The translations under genes and the position numbers were made by a program. A stretch of DNA of 64,000 nucleotides. It comes from a virus. The stretch's first letter is position 1. Every line of letters begins with the position of its first letter. Positions 52,129-61,153 of the stretch are shown here, piece after piece. The notes beneath the pieces are model-generated. The model was not told the origin of the DNA. It did not search any database and saw only the letters and a list, made by a program, of their open reading frames with translations. Where the stretch lies: IMG/VR virus record IMGVR_UViG_3300043777_000365, positions 22,754 to 86,753 of that record. One strand, 5' to 3'.

Positions 52129-52350
52129 TCACTCCTCCGGGTCGCCCTTGGCCCTCTTGAAGATCTCCTCGGTGACCGCCGCCAGCCCCGGCCTGGACGG
52201 CTTCCGCTCCGGCCGGGTGGGCACCTCCTCGATGGCGAAGGGGCCCTCCAGCCTGTCCACGACCGCTTCTAACAACTCCCAGAGCCGCGGGCTGACGGAC
52301 GGGTCGTCCCGGAGCACCTGGAGCCTCCTGAGGCACTCCTGGTGGGTCAC
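52129..52350 (-). CDS. Small hypothetical protein
   Basis: GTGA coupling to the lysozyme stop. Confidence 0.45.
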   Translation of the reverse strand: MTHQECLRRLQVLRDDPSVSPRLWELLEAVVDRLEGPFAIEEVPTRPERKPSRPGLAAVTEEIFKRAKGDPEE

Positions 52351-52958
52351 GGCCAGCCGTAGAGCTTGTCGAAGTCCCAGCCGCCCAGCGCGGCCTGGGC
52401 GGCGGCCTCGAAGAGCCTCTGGTCCTGGGCGTTGCGCGGGACGAGCCCCGGGTTGCCCTGCGCGCTCATCTTGCACTCCACCGCGCACGTGGCGAAGTCG
52501 GCGACCTTGAGGGCGGCCATGAACTTGGGGAAGTCGAACCACGGCCCGCACGCCCACGCCATCGACAAGACCCCGAGCTGGGCGTCGGCCGGGAGCAGCG
52601 CCCAGTTGGGGATGCGCTGGGCGAGCGTGGCCTCGTTCTCGTTGCACTTGGTCCGGACCAGCTGGTCGATCGCCTGGGGGGTGAGCCGGAGGTCGGTCGC
52701 GCCCACGTACGCCTTCCACGACAGCCCCGGGGGCATCGCCTTGACCGCCTCCCAGCCCGCGATGATGGCCGCGTCGTCGGCCGGGTCGCTGGGGTTGCCC
52801 CCGTGACACCAGGGGAGGTTCATCGCGAGCGAGATGGGGTCGACGAGGTCCCCGTCGGCGACCGTCACGAGCCCCTTCACGTCCTGGTACATCGACGCGA
52901 CCCGGCCCTCGTCGGACTCCGTGAACGCCGGGAACGCGTCCGCCACCGCCTGCCTCAC
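52347..52958 (-). CDS. Phage lysozyme (GH24-like endolysin)
   Basis: EGRVASMYQDVKGLVT has T4-lysozyme E-x8-D-x5-T spacing; FPKFMAAL; GLVPRN. Confidence 0.85.
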   Translation of the reverse strand: MRQAVADAFPAFTESDEGRVASMYQDVKGLVTVADGDLVDPISLAMNLPWCHGGNPSDPADDAAIIAGWEAVKAMPPGLSWKAYVGATDLRLTPQAIDQLVRTKCNENEATLAQRIPNWALLPADAQLGVLSMAWACGPWFDFPKFMAALKVADFATCAVECKMSAQGNPGLVPRNAQDQRLFEAAAQAALGGWDFDKLYGWP

Positions 52959-53113
52959 GACCGCCTCCCGCTCTCCGGCGACACGCCGCACGCGTCGCGC
53001 AGGGTCGGCCTGTCGTCCTCCACGAACGCCGCGATGCTCTGCGAGTCGAACGCCCTCAGCAGCCCAGCCTCGTCGAGCTCGAGCTCGCAAGGGTCCAGCT
53101 CCACCGTCTCCAT
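52955..53113 (-). CDS. Small acidic protein
   Basis: TAGAGT-N6-ATG; 52 aa, METVELDPCE...; stop overlaps the lysozyme start. Confidence 0.45.
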   Translation of the reverse strand: METVELDPCELELDEAGLLRAFDSQSIAAFVEDDRPTLRDACGVSPESGRRS

Positions 53114-53122
53114 CCCCAGACT

Positions 53123-53599
53123 CTACCGCGCGAAGTACCTCTTGAGCACCTGCATCCAGACGTCCGACTCGCCGAGCACGTCGTCGCCGCGCCGCTCCTT
53201 GAGCATGTCGACCGCCTGCTCGGCGCCCAGGCGACCTTGCCCGAGGGTCATCAGGGCGAGCGCCGCGATGAAGGCCGAGCGGTTCAACCCGCGCGCGCAC
53301 GTCACGAGCACCCGGTCGCCCCCGGCCACCGCCTTGGCCACCTTGCGGCCCATCTTCACCGCGTGCTGCACCGACTTCAGGTCCAGCTGCTTGTCGGGGT
53401 CGTCGCCGAGCTTCACCCGCCACACCTCGACCCCGGGGAACATGTCCTCGCCCGGCTGGTACTCCTCGGTCGAGAGCACGAGCACGTCGAAGTCGACGTG
53501 CGTGACGAGCCCCGGCCGCGGCGCCGCCCCGACGAACAGCCCGGGGACGATCTCCGTCGCGTCGACGCCGGGTACGCCGGCCTTGTCCTCGTCGCTCAC
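53123..53599 (-). CDS. Dual-specificity protein phosphatase
   Basis: TEIVPGLFVG...VLVTCARGLNRSA contains the CX5R motif. Confidence 0.9.
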   Translation of the reverse strand: MSDEDKAGVPGVDATEIVPGLFVGAAPRPGLVTHVDFDVLVLSTEEYQPGEDMFPGVEVWRVKLGDDPDKQLDLKSVQHAVKMGRKVAKAVAGGDRVLVTCARGLNRSAFIAALALMTLGQGRLGAEQAVDMLKERRGDDVLGESDVWMQVLKRYFAR

Positions 53600-54093
53600 G
53601 TCAGCGCCCGGGTCACCGAGGGCGGCACGAGGATGAAGCCCTCGTTGCCCGTGAACAGGTTGGCCGACGGGTCCTTCACCCGCACGTCGTAGACGAGCCT
53701 GGTCACCCCGTCGCCGAAGGTGGAGTTGGAGAGCGGGGTGGCCTTCGCCTGGAACGTGCCGGCCGCCGCGGTGGTGACGGTGATGCCGCCGATGCTCGCG
53801 CTGTCGATCTGGAACACCGCGGCCGAGTCCTGGTCCTCGACCTCGTTCTTGGCCGTCATCGTGAGCGTGAAGCCCGTGAGGTTGAGCGGGGCCCAGCTGC
53901 CGGACCCGCGCGGGGGCTGCGGGTACATGCCAGGCGCCGCCCACGTGACCGCGTACCGCTGGGTGAAGAGCTCGAAGTACACCTGGCCGTTCTGCAGGAA
54001 GGTGTTCGACCGAAACCACACGATGTTGCGGGGGTCCCAGGCGCGCGTGCCCCAGTCCTCCGACAGCATCCTCTCGAGCTCTTCTCCTCGCAT
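53596..54093 (-). CDS. BppU-N-like structural protein
   Basis: LNLTGFTLTMTAK...LVYDVRV...GFILVPPSVTR. Confidence 0.55.
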   Translation of the reverse strand: MRGEELERMLSEDWGTRAWDPRNIVWFRSNTFLQNGQVYFELFTQRYAVTWAAPGMYPQPPRGSGSWAPLNLTGFTLTMTAKNEVEDQDSAAVFQIDSASIGGITVTTAAAGTFQAKATPLSNSTFGDGVTRLVYDVRVKDPSANLFTGNEGFILVPPSVTRALT

Positions 54094-54107
54094 CCCCCCG
54101 AACTTTA

Positions 54108-54485
54108 TCAGCTGTCGGGGGTGGTGGGGCCGCCCGGGACGTACTGCGGCGCGTTCGGCTGCCCGGTGAGGCCGTTGTACGGCACGCCGTAGGTGCCCAT
54201 CCGGAGGTCGATGGAGTCCATCGCGGTCCAGGCGGCGTTCAGCGCGAGCTGCTGCGCCCACGACGAGACCCCGGTCGGCACGACGAACCCGAGGCTCGTC
54301 ACCTTGCGGGTGCGGTAGCGGAAGCTCCACGCGATGAGCGTGCGCGCCGCGTGCTTGGAGGTCGTCGCGAACTGGGACTGCAGCGGGTCGGACCCGAGCA
54401 CCTGGCTCGTGCCGTTCGTCACCGTGAGGGTGAACTGGGCCCCGTCCGCCCTCGCCTGCAGCTGCGCCAACGTGATGTTCGCCAC
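54108..54485 (-). CDS. Hypothetical protein
   Basis: TAGACT-N7-GTG. Confidence 0.6.
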   Translation of the reverse strand: MANITLAQLQARADGAQFTLTVTNGTSQVLGSDPLQSQFATTSKHAARTLIAWSFRYRTRKVTSLGFVVPTGVSSWAQQLALNAAWTAMDSIDLRMGTYGVPYNGLTGQPNAPQYVPGGPTTPDS

Positions 54486-54495
54486 GAGGGCGAGT

Positions 54496-54714
54496 CTACG
54501 CGCGTATCGCCTCGCACGCCTCGGCGGCCCGCCCCAGGTGGAACCACGCGCGCTCGAGCGCCCAGCAGTTCACCGTCGGGTCGTCCAACCACGCCCTGAG
54601 CAGCCACTTGGCCCGGCGCACGTCGTCGACCATCTGCCGGAGCCGCCTCGTCCGCAGCTCCCGCTCGGAGCCGACGAAGTCCCCGTCCCAAGCTTGGTTC
54701 AAGGGCACGCCCAC
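54496..54714 (-). CDS. Hypothetical protein
   Basis: 72 aa, GGAG SD. Confidence 0.45.
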   Translation of the reverse strand: MGVPLNQAWDGDFVGSERELRTRRLRQMVDDVRRAKWLLRAWLDDPTVNCWALERAWFHLGRAAEACEAIRA

Positions 54715-54717
54715 GGC

Positions 54718-54855
54718 TCACTCCTCCGTCTGGAGCTTCCGCCTGACGGAAGCTTTCTCTTTGTACTTCGCCCCGTTGGCCTTGTGCGGCTTGCACATCA
54801 AGCATCCGGCGCGACGGTTCTTTGGTCTTCGGCGCTTGTGGTTCGCCACCGTCAT
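54718..54855 (-). CDS. Small basic protein (CxxC)
   Basis: ANHKRRRPKNRRAGCLMCKPHK. Confidence 0.55.
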   Translation of the reverse strand: MTVANHKRRRPKNRRAGCLMCKPHKANGAKYKEKASVRRKLQTEE

Positions 54856-55034
54856 CTCCTCTTCCGGAGCTCGAGCCTGACGTGCTCGCCCTGCTTCTCC
54901 ACGGCCTCGATGATGTCTCGCATCTCCTTCCGCCACAAGAACTCCGCCGCCTTCCTGACCTCGCGCCGTGCAAGCCAGAAGCCGGCGGCCAAGCCGGCGG
55001 CGAAGACCAAAGCACCCGCGACGAGCTCGCCCAC
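54852..55034 (-). CDS. Small membrane protein
   Basis: GGCATGAT-N6-GTG; TM helix. Confidence 0.55.
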   Translation of the reverse strand: MGELVAGALVFAAGLAAGFWLARREVRKAAEFLWRKEMRDIIEAVEKQGEHVRLELRKRR

Positions 55035-55052
55035 GGGCCCATCATGCCGCCC

Positions 55053-56762
55053 TCAGCGGACCATGATCGACCCGAGCCCCGACCCCTGCCCCGGCACCGG
55101 GCGGGCCAGCGCCCCGTACTTGCTCGCGAGCCGCCGCGCGATGAACGCCGCCATGAGCACGTCGCCCGGGTGGGCCGTCGGCGTGTACTCCGTGCACTCG
55201 TCGACGAACTTCTGCACCTCGTGCCGCACGAGGCCGTCGCGGTTGGGGATGAGCCAGAGCCCGCGGGCCATCTCGTAGAAGAGCGTCTCCACCCCGTACT
55301 CCGGGTGGGCCTTGGCGGTCTCGGTCGTGGTGAGCGCCTCCACCTGCACGTAGTTCGACATCTCCATGACCTTGGTGCTCTGGCCGTTGGGGTCGCGCGC
55401 GGGGATGCCGAGCTTGGTCTCGATGATGGAGATCATGTAGCTGGCGCCGCCGTTGTCCTCCACCCCGAGCAGGCTGTTGAAGCGCCGCGCCTTGCCGATG
55501 GCCTTCTCGGCGATGGTCATCGTGTCCCAGTGGCCGAACTCGATGTCGAGGATGCGGTAGAGCCCGTCGGGCCGGTTGCACTCGAACGTGAAGAGCGCCG
55601 TGTAGTCGGACTCGCTCCCGCTCTTGAACGCGAGGTCCACCCCGGTGATGGTCATGAAGTCGTCGCCGGGGCGGCGCTGCAGCGTCGTGCCGGGCTGCAT
55701 CCCGTAGTACGGGGCGAAGTCCTTGGTGCTGTCGCCGCTCTGCCCGTACGCGCCCACCGCGCGCGCCCGCGCCAGGCACAGGTCGACGAACTCCTGCTTG
55801 CAGTGCGCGGTGGAGTCGTCCTTCGTGTTGGACATGTAGAGCCGGTTGAAGCTCCCCGGGTCGTGCACGTACTCGGCCCGCTTGTCCTCGAGCCGCTTGG
55901 GCGGCCAGCGCGCCGGCCAGAGCGTCCGGCGGTGCTCGGGGTCGGGCTCGTGCGCCATGAGCCGGAAGTGCGTGGGGTTGCCGGACGCCTGCCTCAGGCC
56001 GGGCGTGTCCCAGGCGGGGTCCTCGTTGTGCACCCACACGTCGCCGAGCGCGCTCATCACGAGGGCCGGGTAGCCGGGGCCGTGCGGAGGCGGCTTGCGC
56101 AGGACGTTGAGCGCGTCGCCCGAGTGGAACGTGCTGTTGGTGAACACGAGGCGCGAGCCCTCGGTCATGCGGCTCTTCACCATCATGTCGAGCGAGCGGA
56201 GCGTCTCGCGCCGGCGCTCGGGGGTGCGGGTGTTCTCGTAGTCGAGGATGTCGTCGGCGATGCAGAAGTCGAGGCGGTAGCCGCCGATGGCGGTGTCGAG
56301 CCCGGCCGCGGCGAAGCTCGGGTCCTTCGGGCCGAGCTCGCGCTGCACGGTGAACTTCGTGTCGCTCCAGGGGTCGCCGCGCCTGCGCGACGGGACCATC
56401 ATCGGGTTGACGAGCTTGATCCTGGGCTCCTCCTCGACGATCTGCCGCATCAGGTTCGTGATCTTGGTCGCCTGGCGCTGCGTCTTCGAGAGCACCAGCC
56501 CGCGCCGGCCGGTGTCCTCGGCCAGCTGGAAGAGCGCGTAGGTCAAAAGCGAGAAGGTCTTCGTGTGGTCGACCGGCAGGATGACCACGCACTTGGGGTG
56601 GTGCTGGATGAAGCTGAAGAGGACCCGCTGGTGGGCGGCCGCGGTCATGCGCGCGCGGGTCTGCTCCTCGCGCATGACGAACTCGAAGAAGTCGACGAGG
56701 TTCGTCCTCGCCCGGTGCGCCCGCAGGCGCAGCGCCATGATCTTGTCCCGCTCGTCCGCCAT
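55053..56762 (-). CDS. terL: Terminase large subunit
   Basis: Walker A-like LPVDHTKT, Walker B GYRLDFCIADDILD, nuclease TITGVDLA...SDYTA...HPGDVLMA. Confidence 0.9.
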   Translation of the reverse strand: MADERDKIMALRLRAHRARTNLVDFFEFVMREEQTRARMTAAAHQRVLFSFIQHHPKCVVILPVDHTKTFSLLTYALFQLAEDTGRRGLVLSKTQRQATKITNLMRQIVEEEPRIKLVNPMMVPSRRRGDPWSDTKFTVQRELGPKDPSFAAAGLDTAIGGYRLDFCIADDILDYENTRTPERRRETLRSLDMMVKSRMTEGSRLVFTNSTFHSGDALNVLRKPPPHGPGYPALVMSALGDVWVHNEDPAWDTPGLRQASGNPTHFRLMAHEPDPEHRRTLWPARWPPKRLEDKRAEYVHDPGSFNRLYMSNTKDDSTAHCKQEFVDLCLARARAVGAYGQSGDSTKDFAPYYGMQPGTTLQRRPGDDFMTITGVDLAFKSGSESDYTALFTFECNRPDGLYRILDIEFGHWDTMTIAEKAIGKARRFNSLLGVEDNGGASYMISIIETKLGIPARDPNGQSTKVMEMSNYVQVEALTTTETAKAHPEYGVETLFYEMARGLWLIPNRDGLVRHEVQKFVDECTEYTPTAHPGDVLMAAFIARRLASKYGALARPVPGQGSGLGSIMVR

Positions 56763-56789
56763 GCTCCCGCAGCGTGGGAGCCTAGCGCA

Positions 56790-57359
56790 TCAGGGCAGGT
56801 GCCCGCGCTTCTTCCCCTCGTCGTAGAGGAGCTCGGCGAACTCCCACGCGCTCACGATGGACCGGGCCACGGCGCCGGTGGAAAGGTCTTGCCACGCGTG
56901 CTCCCGCACCCCTCCCGCCAGCTCGGCCACCCGCTCCGCCACCCACTCGTGCCGGTCGTCCTCGGCCGTGACCCGCACCGTCTCCGGGGGGTTGGAAACC
57001 CGGGTTTCCAACGGGGCCAGGTCGGCCTCGATCTTCACCATCGGCGGGAGCTCCGGGGGTGCGGGCGCCGGCGGCGCGGGAGCGGGCCCCGACCGGGTGA
57101 TGACTGCGTCGGCCTCCTTGCTCCCGTCCGGCCGGCACTTAAACCACCGACCCTTGGTCATGGCGTCGTCCGGGAACTGCCCGGTGCACCGGTCGTTGCG
57201 GCACCTCGCCGGCGGCCCCTCCTCGTACGACACCGTCGCCACGCCGCACATGCGAGCGCGACAGATGTAGATGCCGTGGACGTGCCGGGCCGGCGGGTCG
57301 TCGAGCTCCGGGGCCTGCGGGGGACGCTTAGAGTTGGGTAGGGCGCTGTCTTGGATCAT
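56790..57359 (-). CDS. Zn-finger hypothetical protein containing an in-frame palindrome
   Basis: CRARMC...CRNDRC; LETRVSN is encoded by the palindrome. Confidence 0.55.
   Translation of the reverse strand: MIQDSALPNSKRPPQAPELDDPPARHVHGIYICRARMCGVATVSYEEGPPARCRNDRCTGQFPDDAMTKGRWFKCRPDGSKEADAVITRSGPAPAPPAPAPPELPPMVKIEADLAPLETRVSNPPETVRVTAEDDRHEWVAERVAELAGGVREHAWQDLSTGAVARSIVSAWEFAELLYDEGKKRGHLP
56992..57011. repeat. 20-bp palindrome copy 15
   Basis: Exact; intragenic. Confidence 0.95.
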
Positions 57360-57687
57360 GGGGTTCGTCCTCCGTGGTCGTTATCTCGAGCCGCTCCTTG
57401 GGGTCCGCCTTGCCGGCGCGGATGTCCTCGTGGAGCTGCCTTATGGGTCCGTGGATCTGCCGTATCTGGTCGGCCGTCAGCGGCCGGATGACCTGGTCCC
57501 GGGCGACCTTGCCCAGCCTCCTCTGGTTGCGGTTGCTGGCGGGCACCGGCAGGAGGATCCCCTTCACCTCCTGCTTCTCCTTCTTGCGGGCGAGCCACGC
57601 CGGGTCGCCGATGCGCACCCGGAAGCCGTCGTCCACCTCGCCCGCCGCCTCGCGCGCGAGCCTCCGCCTCTTCGCCTCTCCTCCCAC
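57328..57687 (-). CDS. Hypothetical basic protein
   Basis: GGAGG SD before GTG; GEAKRRR start. Confidence 0.5.
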   Translation of the reverse strand: MGGEAKRRRLAREAAGEVDDGFRVRIGDPAWLARKKEKQEVKGILLPVPASNRNQRRLGKVARDQVIRPLTADQIRQIHGPIRQLHEDIRAGKADPKERLEITTTEDEPHDPRQRPTQL

Positions 57688-57698
57688 TCGCCACCTCC

Positions 57699-58256
57699 TC
57701 AGTGTTTGGTCCTGCCACGGCCGTTGTCCCCCGGCTCCGCCTCGACGTCGATGACCCCGGGCAGCCTCCGCCGGTCCTCCGCCAGCATCCTGGCGAACTC
57801 CTCGTCGCTCGTCTCCTGGGCCGCGCGCATCAGGTTCTCGTCGAAGCCGTGCGTCACCTTCACCTCGAGCTCCTGCGGCTCGTCCACCCCGAGCAGCCGG
57901 CAGAGCTTCACGAGGGCCTCGTTGCGCACGCGGAGGGCAAGCAGCTTGGAGTGCGGCCGCCGGGCCCGCTGGTGCACCTGCAGCGCGCGGGCGGCCGAGT
58001 CGACCAGGCCGCGCACCGCCATGTCCCGCGCCACCGACCCGAGCTCCGCCGTCTCGAGCGCGTAGCGGTTGCAGCACTCGCGCACCACCTCCACCGCGCG
58101 CTCCTTGGACATCCCCCGCGCGAACGCCTGCGCCCGGAACGACGACACCCTCCGGTCGAAGCTCGACACCCCGGCGAGGAACGTGTTGTCCACGAACGCC
58201 TGCCACGTCGCCCGCTGCGCCTCCTCGTGCTCGGGGGGCGGGCCCGCCTCGGGCAT
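57699..58256 (-). CDS. Putative terminase small subunit
   Basis: Helical protein with KLCRLLGVDEPQELEV, upstream of TerL; the start could instead be 58295. Confidence 0.5.
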   Translation of the reverse strand: MPEAGPPPEHEEAQRATWQAFVDNTFLAGVSSFDRRVSSFRAQAFARGMSKERAVEVVRECCNRYALETAELGSVARDMAVRGLVDSAARALQVHQRARRPHSKLLALRVRNEALVKLCRLLGVDEPQELEVKVTHGFDENLMRAAQETSDEEFARMLAEDRRRLPGVIDVEAEPGDNGRGRTKH

Positions 58257-58287
58257 GGGGGCGAGCAGGGGCGGGGGCCGAGGTCGC

Positions 58288-58596
58288 CTAGGCATGGTGG
58301 GACGCCACCCTGACCATGCGCAGGTAGAAGTCCACCGAGTCGGTGCGCCGGACGAACTGCACGAGCCCCCTCTCCAGGCACACGACGCGCAGCTCGGAGC
58401 CAAGCTCCCTGGCGACGTCGGCGGCGCAGAGCAGCGCGAAGGCGAGCGCCTCGCCGGCCGGCGGGTGCACGAACGCCATGATCCCCCTCCTCGCCAGCTC
58501 GACGAACAGGTGCTTGTCGGGGTCCGCGTGGCTGGCCGCCACCGTGAACAGGGCGAACTCGCTCATCCCGTAGAGCGGGTGGACCCTCGCCGTCAC
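58288..58596 (-). CDS. Hypothetical protein
   Basis: GTGA coupling; alternative start at 58674. Confidence 0.45.
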   Translation of the reverse strand: MTARVHPLYGMSEFALFTVAASHADPDKHLFVELARRGIMAFVHPPAGEALAFALLCAADVARELGSELRVVCLERGLVQFVRRTDSVDFYLRMVRVASHHA

Positions 58597-59234
58597 GCGG
58601 CGGCAGCGCACCGGGGGTTGGAAACCCGGGTTTCCAACCTGGCCCCCCGACGACGCTTGCGCCTCCTCCGACATGCTCCCTCGACCACCCTCCGGATCCG
58701 CCCCACCACCCGTCGTAGCACCCCCATCATGCCCTGGTAGCCCTCCAGCTCCTCCACGAGGGCCAGCGGCCGGCCCTTGGCGGCCCTCCTGGCGACCTCC
58801 AGGGCAAGCTGGACGCCGGCCCCGTCCGGGCACCCCGAGGCCTTCTCCAGGGCGCCCAGGGCCGTCCACTTGACCGCCCGCTCGTTCAGCGAGTCCACCC
58901 CGTGCCGGCTCATGGCCGGGCGCCACGCCGCCCGGCGCTTGCCCCACCGGGCGAACCCCACCGCCGCCCGCACGTCCTTGCCCGTCCAGCACCGCTTGTC
59001 CGCGAGCAGCCCGAGCGCCCCCTCCGCCGCCTCCAGCGCGTCCCACCACGCGTCGTGCTCCGGCGGGGGCAGCGCCGCCTTGTGGCTGCTCCTCCTGCCG
59101 AGCACCCACGCGTAGCTCGGGGGCCGCCTCCACTGGCCGCGCAGCTCCTCCACCAGGGCGAGCACCGGCGTCTCCGGGGTGAGGAAGTGGTCGCTCTCGG
59201 GCGTCGAGCAGGAGCTCTGCGAGGAGTCGTCCAC
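58593..59234 (-). CDS. Hypothetical protein
   Basis: 213 aa ORF; palindrome near the 3' end. Confidence 0.45.
   Translation of the reverse strand: MDDSSQSSCSTPESDHFLTPETPVLALVEELRGQWRRPPSYAWVLGRRSSHKAALPPPEHDAWWDALEAAEGALGLLADKRCWTGKDVRAAVGFARWGKRRAAWRPAMSRHGVDSLNERAVKWTALGALEKASGCPDGAGVQLALEVARRAAKGRPLALVEELEGYQGMMGVLRRVVGRIRRVVEGACRRRRKRRRGARLETRVSNPRCAAAA
58618..58637. repeat. 20-bp palindrome copy 16
   Basis: Exact; within or near ORF ends. Confidence 0.95.
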
Positions 59235-59270
59235 CTTGGAGCAGCAGACTACGGAAGAGGTCGGCCCAAG

Positions 59271-59450
59271 TCACTCTTCCCATTCATCGACTTCCATCCT
59301 CGGCTTGCGGAAGCACTCCTCGCACACCGGCAGCCACCCGTGCGCGAGCGACCACCTCCACCGGGTCGCCCGCTCGTCGCAGCCGCCCCAGTCGCACGTG
59401 CCCGACGGGTCGTTGGCCGGGCCGTATCCGTAGGGGTCAAACTTCCCCAT
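59271..59450 (-). CDS. Small Zn-finger protein
   Basis: CDWGGC...VCEEC; TGATG coupling. Confidence 0.5.
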   Translation of the reverse strand: MGKFDPYGYGPANDPSGTCDWGGCDERATRWRWSLAHGWLPVCEECFRKPRMEVDEWEE

Positions 59451-59839
59451 CAGCCCTTCTCTTCGACGACCAACGGGTGTGGCACGTGCCCCCACTTCTC
59501 GAAATAAAAATACTCCATCCCTAAATTGTACGCTGCGGCGACGAGGTGCCACTTGGGAGAGCCGAACCGATCGTGCGGCTTGCCGCAGACGTACAGGTCG
59601 ATGTGCTCCTTCGCGTGGTTGATGGGGCTCTTCTCGCCCACGAGCCGAGCGTTGGTGTACTGCAGCGCCGACCCGTACTTCCCCGCCGCGTAGCCGGCGA
59701 TCCGGGCGAGCCCCTTGATGAACCCGGGGTTCAGGGCCGAGTAGTCGAAGTCGACCGGAACCCGCTTCACCTTCCCAGCCTCGGGCTTGGATAGGTCGTC
59801 CAACACTTCCTGGGTCACCTTGCGTCCGCGCTTGCTCAT
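59450..59839 (-). CDS. dATP/dGTP diphosphohydrolase-like (DUF5664) protein
   Basis: YAAGKYG...HAKEHI...GKPHDRFGSPKWHLVAAAYNL; GGCATGAT-N7-ATG. Confidence 0.65.
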   Translation of the reverse strand: MSKRGRKVTQEVLDDLSKPEAGKVKRVPVDFDYSALNPGFIKGLARIAGYAAGKYGSALQYTNARLVGEKSPINHAKEHIDLYVCGKPHDRFGSPKWHLVAAAYNLGMEYFYFEKWGHVPHPLVVEEKG

Positions 59840-59854
59840 GCGGCCCATCATGCC

Positions 59855-60023
59855 GCGCTAGGCTCCCACCATCCACCGAAAGCACAACCCCACAATCACA
59901 CTCACACAACCACCAAACACTCCCACCAGAGTACCCACGTGGCTTAGGCACTCTTCTCAGAGCGAGCAACCGGCCAAACTTCTGACCAACATGATCTAAA
60001 TACCCTCTCTTCCAAGCTGTCAT
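59855..60023 (-). pseudogene. Truncated HNH endonuclease N-terminal fragment
   Basis: MTAWKRGYLDHVGQKFGRLLAL...WWLCECDCGVVLSVDGGSL, low GC, with no nuclease domain following. Confidence 0.65.
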
Positions 60024-60274
60024 GACACAGGCCGATACCGCGAAAAATGCAACCGCATGTGGAGAGCCCCGAACTGCTGGATGTGCCGGCGGGGCTGCCC
60101 CGAGTCGCACGTCGTCTGGAAGTGCTCGCCGCACACCAGGCAGTCCGCCTCGACGGCCTGGCGGGGCACGTCGTCGAGCGGGTCGCGCTCCTCGTGCCTG
60201 CCGGCCACGACCGGGAGCTTCGTCTCCGGGTGCACGGCGAACGCCGGGCTCCAGAGCGTCCACTCCTTGGACAT
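60020..60274 (-). CDS. Small Zn-ribbon protein
   Basis: CLVCGEHFQTTCDSG. Confidence 0.55.
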   Translation of the reverse strand: MSKEWTLWSPAFAVHPETKLPVVAGRHEERDPLDDVPRQAVEADCLVCGEHFQTTCDSGQPRRHIQQFGALHMRLHFSRYRPVS

Positions 60275-60978
60275 CAGCGGTGCCCACGCTGGTGCATGTC
60301 CGACGCCGATCTTCTAGGTCGCCTGTTATTGGCTTGTTCGACCCACGTTGCCCATCGGCAGTTCCCAGGCTCGTAGTTCCCGTCGTTGTCGATGCGGTCA
60401 ATCGAATGGCTTGGGCTGGGCTTAGGCCCCATGTCGGAGAAGAAATCCTCGAAGGATTGGCACCATCGCTCGCAAACTTGGATTCCCCGTCCTCCGTAGT
60501 TTTCATACGCCGGACACTTGGGATTCTGACATCGCTGCCGAATGCCTTCCCAAGTGTTGTACTCCGACGACTCGGCCCCCTTTCGGGCATGCCCGTGAAT
60601 CAAATTCACCCCCACCGAGATCACTTCCGAACGCCGACATCCACACGACGTGGTGTCCCCGGACCGGAGATGCAGCGCTGAAACCAAGTGCATCTCCCCA
60701 CAATCACAACGACACCTCCACACGGCTCCATTCCGACTTCCAACCCACGCGACCACGACCAACCGACCAAATCTCTGGCCAACCAAGTCCGCGGTGCACC
60801 TGGAGATGTTGACTTCCCTCCGATAACACCCACACGACGTCGTGTTGCCACTTCGAAGGTTGACTACACGGACCACCTTCAAAGCCCCACAATCGCAAGC
60901 ACATCTCCACCGAACGCCGCGGCCGTTGCTTTCAGCCGAGCCTTGTACGACCAACCTCCCAAATCGCTGGCCAATCAT
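60274..60978 (-). CDS. Free-standing HNH-type endonuclease
   Basis: Two GQRFGRLVV...CxCDCG...SCGC repeats; [12 protein letters not shown]...[20 protein letters not shown]. Confidence 0.9.
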   Translation of the reverse strand: MIGQRFGRLVVQGSAESNGRGVRWRCACDCGALKVVRVVNLRSGNTTSCGCYRREVNISRCTADLVGQRFGRLVVVAWVGSRNGAVWRCRCDCGEMHLVSALHLRSGDTTSCGCRRSEVISVGVNLIHGHARKGAESSEYNTWEGIRQRCQNPKCPAYENYGGRGIQVCERWCQSFEDFFSDMGPKPSPSHSIDRIDNDGNYEPGNCRWATWVEQANNRRPRRSASDMHQRGHR

Positions 60979-60994
60979 GGCCCACTCGGTGGCT

Positions 60995-61153
60995 TTATCG
61001 CTTCGCCCAGCGGCTGAAGCCGCCGATCTTCTTCGCCACGACCTTGGCGGGCTTGCCCGGGGGGCTCTTGCCGGGCGGCACCGCCCCCTGGGTCCCGGTC
61101 TCCTTGGGGTTGGGGGGCATGGGCGGGGGGTTCTGCATCGGGGGCTTGGGCAT
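60995..61153 (-). CDS. Small Pro/Lys-rich protein ending FSRWAKR
   Basis: GAGGA SD; overlaps an alternative-frame ORF at 60975-61295. Confidence 0.5.
   Translation of the reverse strand: MPKPPMQNPPPMPPNPKETGTQGAVPPGKSPPGKPAKVVAKKIGGFSRWAKR

Noticed and set aside
240-57341. Very long plus-strand ORFs (e.g. 592-3312, 5167-7245, 18773-20821, 41730-44600, 54822-57341)
   Set aside because: They are Arg/Gly/Pro-rich or motif-free shadow frames antisense to well-supported virion genes, as expected at this GC content. Only 7566-8441 has a recognisable domain and expression signals.
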